NCBI GenBank assembly: GCA_044892525.1
Contig: JBJFYX010000106.1
Span: 62,001-126,000, forward strand
DNA from: Schmidtea polychroa
Lineage: Eukaryota
Direction of reading: 5' to 3'
Length of the DNA stretch: 64,000 nt
The translations under genes and the position numbers were made by a program. Under the pieces are notes generated by a model. It saw nothing but the letters and a program-made list of their open reading frames with translations, did no database searches and was not told the origin of the DNA. Shown in pieces: positions 40,259 through 52,248 of this stretch; the first letter of the stretch is position 1, and every line of letters begins with the position of its first letter.

Positions 40259-43200
40259 ATGTATGTTGCAAGATTAATAAATAGTGCATCGAATTGTTAC
40301 ATGAATTCAACTTTACAAGGCTTAGCAGCCTGTCCTTTGTTTATTGAAGATTTCGAGAAATTAGGAGACCGATTTAAAAACATAGAATCATTGAAAACTT
40401 TCAATATACTGTTGCGCAATATCACTACCTCGAAATTATCAAATGTAAATGCATTGCAAAGTGATTTGTTTAAAAATTGGAAAAAAAGAGGCCAGCAAGA
40501 TAGTTTTGAATTGTTAACATATGCGTTATGCGAAGTTTATAAAGTGCTACGAAAACAGGAAAAAGTATGTGAATTGTTATTTTTATTTTGGGAATTAAAT
40601 TGAAATTGATAATCCGAAAGTTCACAAATTAATTTTTTTATCTCAATGTTACTAATGAATCTATTATGGTCTTCAATAATTCATTTCATCCAGTTCTTTG
40701 TATGACGTTTAAAACTTGTATTAACCAATATGTCCAAAGGCTGTATTTTATTATAAATTATTTTTGCATTATTATAAAATAGTATTATGATAAATAAAAA
40801 ATAAAAACTGTTATTTAAACATTAAATTTATTATATAAATTGATTTCTTGACAGACCAATAGCAATAAATCTTCTCATATTGCTATAAAATGGTTGTACT
40901 GGCAATTCTTCGTTATTAAGGACGTTGCCAAGTTTTTCTTTAGTTTGTAATGAGGAAGTCACAAAAATATCAGAGGATGTATATCGACTTTTGATCATTG
41001 AAAAGAATTCTTCAATTGGGTTAAGTTGGGGATTAGTATTGTGGGTGAAATCGAAGTCTAATGCTATTTCTTTGTAGAAGCTCAGAAATGACCCTAGAAT
41101 GATGAAATCGCGCATTGTCCATAACCAAAACCATATTACTGTTCCTAAGATTAGGGATTATTTTATCGCGAATAAATGCCAATAAAAAATCAATATTATA
41201 AGAAGCAATAATTGATTCAATGTCAATAATACCGTTAATTGATATTGAGTAGATTACACTTATATTTCTTCCCTTATTAGCTGGAACTGTAGTATAGGCG
41301 CTTGTGTTGAGAGGAGAATATCCATGGGTTTTACTGGTATTTAAGTTGATTTCCATTTCATCTAAAAATACCATCTTTTTGTCATTTATGTTCGAAAGAT
41401 CTCTACAATAAACTTTTCTTTCATTTATAACTTTTGGGTAGTTTCTTTCAACGGCACTTTAACTAATTTTATCCTCGAATATTTCATCCTTTTAATAGTT
41501 CTCGAAATTGTGGATAATGACATGGGAAGTAAATTTTCATCAAATTTGTTCTTCAAATATTTGAGGGTTAAGCTCCAGTGTGAACTTAGGAATTCTTAGC
41601 AATTCTAAGGCGAGCTACAGAGTTTGACTTCCTATATTTTGCTTTTTTATCACTTGTTTCGACCTAATTCATATCAGCGAACTCGCCACTCCTCCATCAT
41701 CAAAGCAAATTACCAATGGCACTTATCCTAAAGTGTTGACAATTTCCTTGTTTTCCTTTTCCTTTTTTTCAACCAAACGGATCAACCAAACGCTCAACCA
41801 ACTTTCAACTTTCCCAAAAATCTATTTTTATAATCATAAAGGTACTAAAAAGACTTGCGCCGCTAATTATATTTAACCCTTTCCATCCCAGTGATTCCAA
41901 ATGGAATCATTAGTTAAAAACTCAGTTTTTTTCTCTCTACTACCAAAACGGTTGGCAGTAACTAGTGAGAACTATAGTAAGATATGTTTTTAACAGTTGG
42001 CACAGTTGGCAAAAAAAAATGAAAATATTTTTATGATAAAATAAGTAGTTTTGGTACCTACTTACTGCATATATTTTTTTTTTGTTTTGAAAAAATTTGG
42101 GCTGGAAAGGGTTAATAACACGCTAGATCATCGAGCCGGAAAACTGGCTTTTCGAACATATGCCTAATTTTGAACCTGGTTTTCCAGGTTGTTGGGCCCA
42201 AAAGGTTAAGAACTTGAAAAATGATCTCATAGTTATGTAAAATCAAAATTCAAGCCTTCAAAATCAAAGCCATTTTAATATTTTTTGGATAAAATAAAAT
42301 AACGTTCCTTTAACTAAATATGTTATTCAGACTTATGGCACATCTAGCGGTAACTTTATTAACTAAATCTGTTAAACAGCTTTGTAGCTCACAAGCAACA
42401 CTGTGAAATAGTTAGTTTATATTTAATTTAGGCGATCTAAACGTGAAATTCTGGTATGTTGCAAATTTGCTACACAATGCAATTAGGGGTTAAAATTAAA
42501 ATAAAATTCCAAAATTAAAGCTAAAAATGCCTAAAATAAATTACTTAAAATAAAATTCATTTTAGCATTAAATGGCGAGTCACCAATAATTGGTAATTTT
42601 ATGAATGTAGGGTCTATCTTTTTTACGATAAGGACTGGGGCATATGTGGGATAATTTTAATCTATAATTGAAAAATTAGCCAGCAAGCATTAAGATAGGA
42701 AAACTACTATGTATAAGGGTTATTGCATAATAACGTGATGCGGGTGGGTGGATGAGTTGAGCTGAATGTGACGTCACGCTAGTTGTATTTTATGGACCAC
42801 AAGAATTATTATTGCAACAATCTTCCTCTGCTACTATGCTACAGTGATGCTGATAGTTTGACTAGAAAATGACGACTAACAATTATTGCTGCTACAACAA
42901 GCTCTCAAGCAGTCTAAAGGACCGTGTGGTACCACTAAGCTATTTTCATTTCGTAAACAATAAAATGACGTCACTATTTGGATCAACAAAAATGTGACCA
43001 AAAGTGACAGGGTGGGTGGGTGTTTCAAAAATGACGTGACGTAATTATGCAATGACCCCTAAGACAAAGTACGTGTGGAAGTGTTTGTATTTGATGGCGA
43101 ATATACAAATTGCTCGTATGTGAGATTCTAGCTTCTATATGTGCATTATATCTCAATAAAATAAATTAAAGATTTTTGTTATTACTACACTAAAGAATTT

Positions 43201-44746
43201 GTATATTTTATATATAGATAAGTTATATTTAATTCTTCCCATTTTTTTATTTAGTGTGCCGCGAACGAAAAAGTTTGGCAGACACTGCTCTATAGAAGGT
43301 TAAATAATATTAAATAAAAACAGTGAATTGTTACGATTGAAGGAATTATTTATAATAAGAATTATTCTTATAAGACACGTAAACTACTAAATTTTAAAAT
43401 TTTAAATCTAATTAATAAGATATTAATTGTTCAAAGATAAAAAAACTTGTCGATTGTTTTCATATTTTGAAAAAAAAATAAAAAATTTTTATAGTTTATA
43501 CAGTTATATTAGACTAATTGTGATAAAAAGTACCGATCAATATGATGCTATTATTTAAATAAAAAAAACATTCAAAAATTTTAAAATTTTATTCAAAAAA
43601 TTTACTATAAAAATCTAAATGCGTTCCCTAATGGACCATCGACTCAAGTTTGAGAATCACTGATATAATCTTATTGATTTTTTAATATAATAGATGTCTT
43701 TATATGTCTCGACACATTTGATTGTAGGATACGCAGTTGGGATCAAATAAATTGTTGAGTTAAATGTAACGCATGACTGAAACAGATTTTCAGTCCCAAG
43801 GACAGATATTATTTTTATAGATATAAAAGTGAAATTCATAATAATATATTGTATTAGGTTATATACTATATAAAATTATGCTATATAATATATAGCATAA
43901 TTTTACGCAATTAACATTTTTAGAACCACTGGTTTCCCTTCCCAGTGGTTCTCTTCGAAGTGGTTTTGATTCACGTGCTGTGCACATCATACGTGTCTGA
44001 AGGGTTATCATTTTATTAACTAATTCAGTATTTTAAATTAATCTAGTTTCTAGCAATTATTAAATATCAACCATTTATAATTTCATTCATATTTAGTTGA
44101 ATGATATTGAAGAATGGTTGAATTTTGAATTACCGATGAGAATCATTATGGGATATGACATTAAATGTTGTAATAATCATCTCATTAAATGCCCTAAACA
44201 GATTTCTCTTGCTCTTCATGTTCCCATTCTTGATAATTTAAACGGTAAATTTCAAGAGTTTAATGTGAATCCCATTACAATTCTTTAGGTCTTTCCATAC
44301 AAGTATTAGTGAATAATTATCTTGATGAAACCGAAATAGAAGATTATATTTGCGATGATTGTAACGAAGCAGAGTCGAAAGATATCGAAAAAAATTCCAA
44401 AATTAAAGCTAAAAAATTTTCATGCATCCTAAGTCCCCTGCCTCGTACAATTTGTGTCCATTTGCAACGAACTAGATGGATCAGGGGAGCGATGAAGAAA
44501 GTTACAGATCCAATAAGTATTAATATGAATTTAGAAATAACTTATCAAGATAATGATAATAAACAAAGAAAGAAACAATTTTCATTAAAGGCGGTTATAG
44601 TTCACCACGGATCCGTTTACTTCGGGCATTATGTGTGCTACAGACTGTGCGGTGACCAATGGTATTATACCAGTGATAGTACTGTGAAAAAAGTTAATAT
44701 CGATACTGTTATGTCAAAAGAACCTTATATTTTATTTTATGAATAG
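40259..44746 (+). CDS. Compact ubiquitin-specific protease (USP30-like), copy B. Exons 40259-40564, 44097-44244, 44289-44746
   Basis: Cys box RLINSASNCYMNSTLQ; GQQDSFELL; LPRTICVHLQR; His box IVHHGSVYFGHYVCYR...WYYTSDSTV...PYILFYE. Intron positions and phases match copy A. Confidence 0.87.
40831..41700 (-). pseudogene. IS630/Tc1-type DD34E transposase relic in the USP copy B intron
   Basis: VFLDE, LVMDNARFH, PQLNPIEEFFS; 34 residues between D2 and E once the frameshift near 41035 is corrected. Confidence 0.85.
41877..42111. mobile_element. piggyBac-type MITE
   Basis: TTAA-ccctttccatccc ... gggctggaaaggg-TTAA. Confidence 0.8.
42715..43060. mobile_element. TIR element, inverted copy of 7594-7945
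   Basis: Termini agggttattgcataataacgtga / reverse complement aggggtcattgcataattacgtca. Confidence 0.8.
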
Positions 44747-44953
44747 TTTGTTATTCACAAACTAATGTTTATCGTGGCCTTATTATAGAATCTCTTATTC
44801 ACATTTTTTGAGTTGTTTCCATATTTATTGATAATATATTATTGCTTAAAGACCCAAGAAGAGGGGGGTCTTTTGACATTGGCCTCTTAATTTAGGGGCC
44901 CCAAACGATACTATTCCAAACGATCAAAAAGTGTATTTTGCAATTATAGGTAT

Positions 44954-47900
44954 TGTTGGCATATGAGGGAGAAGAAAACTTACACAACCATTATCATACC
45001 GACCGCATTGGTTAGCTCAGACACCTCCCATACATACGCCAAATGATCATTTACATATTCCCACGCATGAGCCCGTGGTGATGTTCCACGTTGGTAGTGC
45101 CCATACGGGTCGGAGCTGACTAACAGGTGAGCCCCTATCTTAGGACTACTGATAGCCCGCTCGCGGTTCAGGTTCACTGGTGCCTTAGAAGGACTTACCC
45201 TTATTCATGCTTCAGTCTTGGTTCGATCCTGGTCCAAGGGAACGACCGTTAGCCTACTCGCTTTCCTTCCACAACACTAAATTATTTATTCTCAAAACCA
45301 AACATATGAAAATCTTTATAAATCGGAACCAAATAGACAAAATATATTAATACCGAATTGAAAATAATAAAAACATCATTACACTTATTAATACAACATC
45401 ATACGGACGGTTAGGATGCACAATATTAACGAAGTCTATCAGTCAATTCACGACTCGAACTACATTCAGGGTCACTCGCGAACTGTTTTAGTTGAAGTTT
45501 TCTCCGTCGGCAATTAACTCGTCGATGTCTACCGGCAATCTACAATCCGAGATAAACTTGATGCCGTTAGCTGGAATGATACGGAAAACTTCTTTCGAGG
45601 GAATCGTATGAGTGGTGGATATCTCTGCTATTGTCGTCTGCGCTGCGAACAAAGAAGCCTCGAGCGCCTTCATTGCATTTCTTCGTTTCTTAGTCTTCTC
45701 GGCCCTAGTTGGGTGGTTGCGTTTGCGTGATGGCGGATTTCCTCCAACAGCAGTAGATACTGTGGGTGCCACTAGGATCGGGGCCAGAATTGGGTCAGAT
45801 GGACCGCCTTTCATAGGTAAGTATCCTGACAGCACTGGGGCTGGGATGGGCGGTAGATGTGAACCATGCCCTCGACAAGCTGTAGTGGGAGTTGTAGATG
45901 GCTGGTGATGGAGAGGAAAGACATTCGATCCATCCAATACGGGATATTCGCGTACCCGCTTTGCTATTTCTGCCTCCGTGTAGACCTTATGGAGGGCTTC
46001 TGATTGTGCTTTTATTGTGAGCCTTTGGCATCGGCTTTCTTCTAGTAGGCTGTCCCTACAATGTTCTAACCGGAGGATCTTAGCTTTTTCCTCCTTCATC
46101 TGTGGCGGGGAGAACCACGTTCCTTCATAAAGATCTATCCTCTTCTTGAGGGCCCCTATATATAAATGAAGTTGAGAGATGTCCGAGTTCTTGTCAGCGC
46201 AAGAGAAACACGGACGAAGCTCTTGGGCGTTATTGGATGGTGTTGTCATCTAGAAAATTAATCATGGTTCAAACCGAATTGCGATACTTATTAAGGTATC
46301 CGGTATAAGAATTCATTAGTTATAATTCTGTAATTTTTCACTAAGTGTCTTAATTCATAAATTTCATGCTTTTTAATATCTCAGCTAAGTTTTCTCTAGT
46401 AATCCGTTTTAACGGTGAAATATATCTAGTTCCAAATTCTACCGAGACACTAAACTCAAAGATTTCACTCATCATACCACGCCACAGCATACAATAAAAC
46501 AACTTGTTTTCACACAATTCAACACTCCTCATTCACTCATTTAGGAAACAACATTCCGATCGATTTATTGATTCAAGATGATGGAGAGAAGAAAACGGGG
46601 GAATCCTCGATTTTAACTTATTCGATGATAAATTTACCTTTATCCTCGGGTCGGATAACTCATACTCATTGCATTTTAGTCGGCTGCTATAGTCGAACAT
46701 ATTTACGCTCGTGATCAATAGAAAGGAATAGCATCCGATTGTTGGGGATTTCCGTTTATTAATTTGTACCTACTTCGTATTGCTAAATCGCATGAGAAAT
46801 TTATCTCTCCTTATGGTGCCTGGTTATTCCGAATTTACGGAAAGGACTTTAAATATATACTATTAGCTAATTATATTATAATTTAAATTTAAAAATTCTT
46901 TTTTAAAAATCGCGCTACTTCTGTCGCCTTAGTGACGCCTACTAGTAGAGGTGTGCATTTTTCTTATATTCATTAACTGAGTCGGTATGCATCGTTGGAG
47001 TAACTCCACCTCGTGCTTTCATGTGTGTCTATTTCTATGTGATGGTGGGGAAAATTCGACGTCGTGTTAAATCGCAGTGGAGACGATCCATGATGGAGTG
47101 TGTAGGTGTGTGCGGTTATATAATATATTGGAATTATCGCTGAGTGTTCTACGAGCATCACCATGGAATAGTGCGTAGTAATCCGATGAGCAACAACTAA
47201 GCTAGAATTTTTAATCTACCTCGATCATTACGCAGCCAGTACAAGACAAGGTCTACCCACGCGTCAATTAGATTATTCCTCGTGGAAATTTATTATCGGT
47301 ATTATCTGATTTCGTTGGTCGTTCAATTCGATCAGTTATCATCTGCCGGCAATTCATTTCTCAAGTCACTGATAACTCCTATCGTGGTTCCTCAATTCAG
47401 TCAGTGAGCAATTGATAAATCTGTCAGCGATTTCTGTCATTTTTCCGTGAGTAATCTGATAACCTCTCCTACTTATTTACATTCTTTTCAGGGAAGATGA
47501 TATTATCAGCGATTCGAAGCTAATCACTTAACTTAAAAATACATTCGTCGACGGGTGTCATCGCTAACATATCGACGGTTCAGATTCTACTAGTATACCG
47601 AGGAAAACCATACTCTACGGGACTTACTGGATTTACACTCCAAGCTTCGTCGACAACATTCTCGTTCACTATCCCGACTGACGGGTTGACCGTTATGAAG
47701 GAATTTCGCCGATCTATGTGGATTCTTAATACGTTGATGAAATTGTCAATCTCAACTCCGAACTGTCCTCGGTTCGCAACTTAAATCTCCTCCGCTATTA
47801 TCAGGTGTATCGATGTGACTTGTTGAAGCTATGGAACTTACTAAGAATGATGCGAGCTCGGTGAAGAAATTTCATCTTTCCGCCTGTTATCCTAACCTAC

Positions 47901-49194
47901 TGAGCCTCTACACCCCTCATAACACACCCAAGAAGGCAATCATCTCTGCCGCCATTCTCGGACGATCATGAGAGACCAGTCGACTCTTTCGCATTCAGCA
48001 ATTTAAAAGCAAATTTCAGATATAAATAATAAAAATGGAACAAATAATAATCAAGTAAATGAATCAAATTACCGGCGACCATATCGTCTGAGTTCCAAGT
48101 ATGATGCTTTCTCATTTTCCAACCCAATATTCCATTACAGTATTGGCATCGTATCCATTATTATCGCTTGCTCCTGATCCAATATCCTCGCAACATTTCT
48201 TGGCTACATATCATAAGACTCCTCGGGGCTACTTCCTCCATTTGGCATCATACTTGAAATCATCAGAAGGTACAGTCGTCGGCACCATGAAGAAAGGCAG
48301 GTTCTGTTTTTAAATAAATTTATTGAACAAATTTTCCTTGTTATTTACAAACTTTAATATCAATTATAAATAATTACTAAATTTCATCATATCTATCATA
48401 AAATTAAACCTAAAAAATATCCTACCATACCTTGAGATTAAATAACTGGGTTAAATCGGTTAAAGATTTCCTGAATAATACCGTTAATAGTTCGCTGTAT
48501 GTTTCTTCCTCAAATCAGATCAGTCTTCTTTGGATTAGTCCTCTGTAGTAGTTTGTGAATAAAATCTTGAAACCTGTAGAGTTGTTGGTTAAAGTGGTCG
48601 TGATAAGTTTTACAATTTTTACCTGTAGAGTTGTTGGTTAAAGTGGTACTCTACTGATTTTTAGCGTTTCTTATATACTATTTTCCGTCCAATCAGGACT
48701 TAGTTAGGTTGTAATTTTTAATATTTATTATTATTTTATGTTTTTATTATAATATATTAGCTTTTAATAACTTAACTTATTTCTTATTATTATTTTATTT
48801 ATTTTTCCTATTTTTCTTATTTTTCTCCTATTTTTTCTGCGGGTTCACTGCTACTTTATCATAATGCAATTTTTGTTTTAATTAAGCTTAAAGATATTTT
48901 TATTTTTTATTTATTGCTTTAATTTCTCGTTTATTTTCTCTTACCTTTTTGCTTATTCTATTTTTACTTTATTTATTGTGCTTTAACTCATTTCTCTTAT
49001 GTCCTATTTCTAATTCTTAAGGGCTTTATTTATTTATCATTTATTCTTATTTCTTTTTTATGGGTATTTTATTGTTTCCTTATTTATTATTGAGGTTTGA
49101 TGGGGATTTATTTTTATTATATTTCGTTTATATTTTTCGCGGCTCGTTTCCCGATTTAACCCAGTTTTTCTCTACTTCAAAACTTAGCCCAACA
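44954..49194 (-). repeat. Candidate 3' LTR, about 4.2 kb (TGTTGG...CCAACA)
   Basis: TGTTGGC at 44954 and GCCCAACA ending at 49194 give a 6-bp terminal inverted repeat. No clear PPT; the second LTR is outside the window. Confidence 0.35.
45488..46249 (-). CDS. Accessory ORF (253 aa): coiled coil, Pro-rich linker, basic NLS-like segment
   Basis: Uninterrupted ORF; ttttctag immediately before the ATG; RKRNHPTRAEKTKKRR; no recognisable domain. Confidence 0.6.
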   Translation of the reverse strand: MTTPSNNAQELRPCFSCADKNSDISQLHLYIGALKKRIDLYEGTWFSPPQMKEEKAKILRLEHCRDSLLEESRCQRLTIKAQSEALHKVYTEAEIAKRVREYPVLDGSNVFPLHHQPSTTPTTACRGHGSHLPPIPAPVLSGYLPMKGGPSDPILAPILVAPTVSTAVGGNPPSRKRNHPTRAEKTKKRRNAMKALEASLFAAQTTIAEISTTHTIPSKEVFRIIPANGIKFISDCRLPVDIDELIADGENFN

Positions 49195-49425
49195 AATCAC
49201 TCCGGGGCCCGTTAAAATTGCGCCCCGCAATTCACATATTATCATCCATTTAAATCATATCTTCTTTCGGCATAACAACTAATTTCACAGTCAACCTTCA
49301 CACAAACATAAAATTAAAATAACTAAATAATACTTTAATTAAACAGATAAAAGGACAAATATAAGCAAGCAGTGGCCACTTTAGGTGACCGGATTTATAC
49401 ACACAAAGTTTATGAATGGTCGATG

Positions 49426-50061
49426 TCACATGATCTTAAGGTTTGGAATGTTATTACTGTCTTGGTTGGTTGAATTCTGGGTCGGATGGCTGGTCGAAGT
49501 TGTTATCGTGGGGAGCTGTATTGTAACAGGTATTTGATCAGGAGATAGATTTTGTTGCATTTGGTCGGGTGGGTTTGGTTGTTGAAAGTGTACTGCTCGT
49601 TTATGCTTATTGTTTGGTCGTGGGTTCTTTCTTTCGGGTTTCTCGGATAGTGACTGGTTTCTTCTCCATGTCCGATAAATATCATACGCTTTCCAGATGA
49701 CTAGTGCGCAGATGATGATGGTTTCACTGATGGTAACATAGAGTAAGACTTGACTTTCTTTTGCTCCCTTCTTCATGATGATTTCCTTCAGGGATTGTTG
49801 GGTGGTTTGTTCTTGTAAGAGAATTTCGAGTTGTTCGATTTTTTGGGTTTGTAGATGGAGTTGCATTTGAAGTTTTTGCCAGACGGCTTTGTTCCAGCAT
49901 TGTTTCGGGATGTTGTTGGAGAGCTTTCTTTCGTTTTTCAGTTTGGTTAACGGGTTTTGCTGTTTCTCGGGATTCTCCCAGAGTGTTGGGATTGGCTGCC
50001 ACATGGGTGTTCCGTTTATCGCTATCATCATTATTGTCACCAGGGTTGCTCCGAACCACAT
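49426..50061 (-). CDS. Accessory type I membrane protein (211 aa)
   Basis: Signal-like MWFGATLVTIMMIAING, heptad Q/L ectodomain, TM VLLYVTISETIIICALVIW, basic stop-transfer segment, P/Q/T-rich tail. Confidence 0.75.
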   Translation of the reverse strand: MWFGATLVTIMMIAINGTPMWQPIPTLWENPEKQQNPLTKLKNERKLSNNIPKQCWNKAVWQKLQMQLHLQTQKIEQLEILLQEQTTQQSLKEIIMKKGAKESQVLLYVTISETIIICALVIWKAYDIYRTWRRNQSLSEKPERKNPRPNNKHKRAVHFQQPNPPDQMQQNLSPDQIPVTIQLPTITTSTSHPTQNSTNQDSNNIPNLKIM

Positions 50062-50116
50062 ACTACTATACGAAAATTTTTATTTACAATTATTTACATT
50101 GATCATTCATCTTTAA

Positions 50117-50818
50117 TTATTGCCGGGTTTTCTTTTTACGGGTTTTCTCGGATGTTCTCATCACTCTCGTTTCTGCTTTTATTACTCGTTTTCTCAATTC
50201 GGGTAGTACTTTTAATTGTTTGTCTCTTTCGTCTAACTGTTGCTTTAGGGTTATTATTTTTTCCTTTAGTGCTTTTATTTCTTGTGTTGCTCTTTCGAGG
50301 TTTTTATGGTTCATTATCTGTAGAAAATCATTTTCCCTTTCCCCGTCTTCTTCGTTGTCTATTTCTTGGTATTTGTTGTTCATTCTTTTCATTATTTCAC
50401 ATTCCTTTTGTTTCTGGTGTAGTTGGAGTTGTAACTCTTTCAGGCTTTCTTGGTGTTTCCGTGCCTCGGTTTTCCAATAATCACTAATCACTTCGTCGGC
50501 CTTTCTACTGGCCCTTTCCTGCCATAATTCTTCCGCGATCTTTTCCCAATTTCTCCCTCGCTTCCTTTGCTCGTGAAGCCATTCGTTTTCTTCCTCTACT
50601 TCTTTCTTTACTTCTTCTAACAGGGTGTATTCTCTTTTCAATACTTTAATCATTTTTCGATTATCTCTCCACCTTTCTACTAATCTTTCGTTTTCCTGTC
50701 TCTCCTCTTGTAATTCTTCCTTGATAGTTTTCTTCCTCTCCACTTCCTCAACTTCAATTTCTCCCTCTTCTAACTCGATTATAGATGTTATGATGGGTTG
50801 TCCGTTTTCAGTGTTCAT
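50117..50818 (-). CDS. Accessory coiled-coil protein (233 aa)
   Basis: Intact E/K/R-rich helical ORF. Confidence 0.75.
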   Translation of the reverse strand: MNTENGQPIITSIIELEEGEIEVEEVERKKTIKEELQEERQENERLVERWRDNRKMIKVLKREYTLLEEVKKEVEEENEWLHEQRKRGRNWEKIAEELWQERASRKADEVISDYWKTEARKHQESLKELQLQLHQKQKECEIMKRMNNKYQEIDNEEDGERENDFLQIMNHKNLERATQEIKALKEKIITLKQQLDERDKQLKVLPELRKRVIKAETRVMRTSEKTRKKKTRQ

Positions 50819-50991
50819 TTTCTATAATATATACATAATTAATAATTGCGCTACAGTGCGGCTTATACTTATACATTTATATGTTATTTTATAATCAGGG
50901 TTACAGTCCCTTTCATACTTTTACTGTACCATTAATTTTTTTGTTGGGATACAGGTCCCGATTTTTATATTTTTTATCTTTCCTTTCGTCT

Positions 50992-52029
50992 TTATACAAA
51001 GGTTTCTTCCTGGCCTACATATCCTTCATCGCTTTCTACTGACGTTTGTAATTGGAGTGCGATGGGATCAAATGGGATGTAGTACCGGGGAATCTGCGCT
51101 CTAAGTTCTTGGACTTCGTCTCTTAGCGCTCTTGACACGTTGAGTTCCTCGTCCAACAGGTAGGTTAAATACCTAGTTTCGTCATCCCGTACTTCTATCT
51201 GTTTTTCTAACTCTTCCGCCTTTTCGCCGTTCTCCCATTTTTTGATCTCCTTTTCGAGGTTCTTGATATTTTCATCATACATCTTCCTCTCGTTTTCTAA
51301 TTTCTTATTCTTACCGGCTAGCACTATGTTTCGTTGTTCTAGTGCCCCTTTGTAGCCGTTATTATCTCTCTCGAGGTCTGTCACCTTATTTACGAGTTCG
51401 ACGATTCTACCTGACTGTTGCAGGATCATCTCTTCCATGGCGGTATTCTCCTGTTCCTTTATAGACAGTTTCATGGCTAGATGCCTTTCAAATTCCATGG
51501 CCTTGGTCTGCCAGGTTTGACTTCGTGTTGCTATTTTCCTGAGCCTTCTTAGCTCTTCTCTCTGATCAAGGTTTTCCTCCCATTTCCCCTGCTCGGTTTC
51601 GTATTCTAATTTCTGAGGTAATTCCCTTATCTCCTTTTTAATTTCCCGATGTTGTCTTTTCCACTTTCTGGCTTCTGCCAAGAGTTGACGAGATTTCCTT
51701 TCCTCCTTTTGTTTTTCTATCTCTCGTTTTTTATTCTCGTCTGTCAGTCTTTTTCTCGATTCTTGTACTAGTTGCTTGAGGTAGTGACCGTGAGCTTCTT
51801 GTCGCGTATTTTCTAATGCTGCCCACTTGGCGGCTCTTTTACATGCCTCCGCCTCTGCTCGTAAGTTTTGCACCAACCACTGAAATTGGTGGTTTTCCCA
51901 TTCTCTTGCTTCTTCGAGGTAATTTCGTGTCTTATTTGATAATTGTGCCATTACTTTGGCCCATCTTTTTCGGTGTACTCCATTGATTTTTATTTCGTTG
52001 TTTGGGGCTTCTGTTTGTTCTTGTGTCAT
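50992..52029 (-). CDS. Accessory coiled-coil protein (345 aa)
   Basis: Intact E/K/R-rich helical ORF. Confidence 0.78.
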   Translation of the reverse strand: MTQEQTEAPNNEIKINGVHRKRWAKVMAQLSNKTRNYLEEAREWENHQFQWLVQNLRAEAEACKRAAKWAALENTRQEAHGHYLKQLVQESRKRLTDENKKREIEKQKEERKSRQLLAEARKWKRQHREIKKEIRELPQKLEYETEQGKWEENLDQREELRRLRKIATRSQTWQTKAMEFERHLAMKLSIKEQENTAMEEMILQQSGRIVELVNKVTDLERDNNGYKGALEQRNIVLAGKNKKLENERKMYDENIKNLEKEIKKWENGEKAEELEKQIEVRDDETRYLTYLLDEELNVSRALRDEVQELRAQIPRYYIPFDPIALQLQTSVESDEGYVGQEETFV

Positions 52030-52248
52030 CTTATCTGAATAACGAGATTATCAACTCAACGTCTCACATTTATATTTGTTCTATTATTTATTTATTGTTA
52101 CGAATATAGGTGGGTTGGGATTTTTTCTAGGTTTTCCGCTTAAATTTACCTTTAGTAGATTTGGGGTTTTTCTACACTATTATATAATATTTTACTGGAT
52201 ATATACGCCGATATTTACAATTTATTATATACAAAATTATTCATCTCA

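Noticed and set aside
49195-49215. Polypurine tract next to the candidate LTR
   Set aside because: The minus strand reads ttaacgggccccggagtgatt, which is not purine-rich, so the LTR boundary remains unconfirmed.
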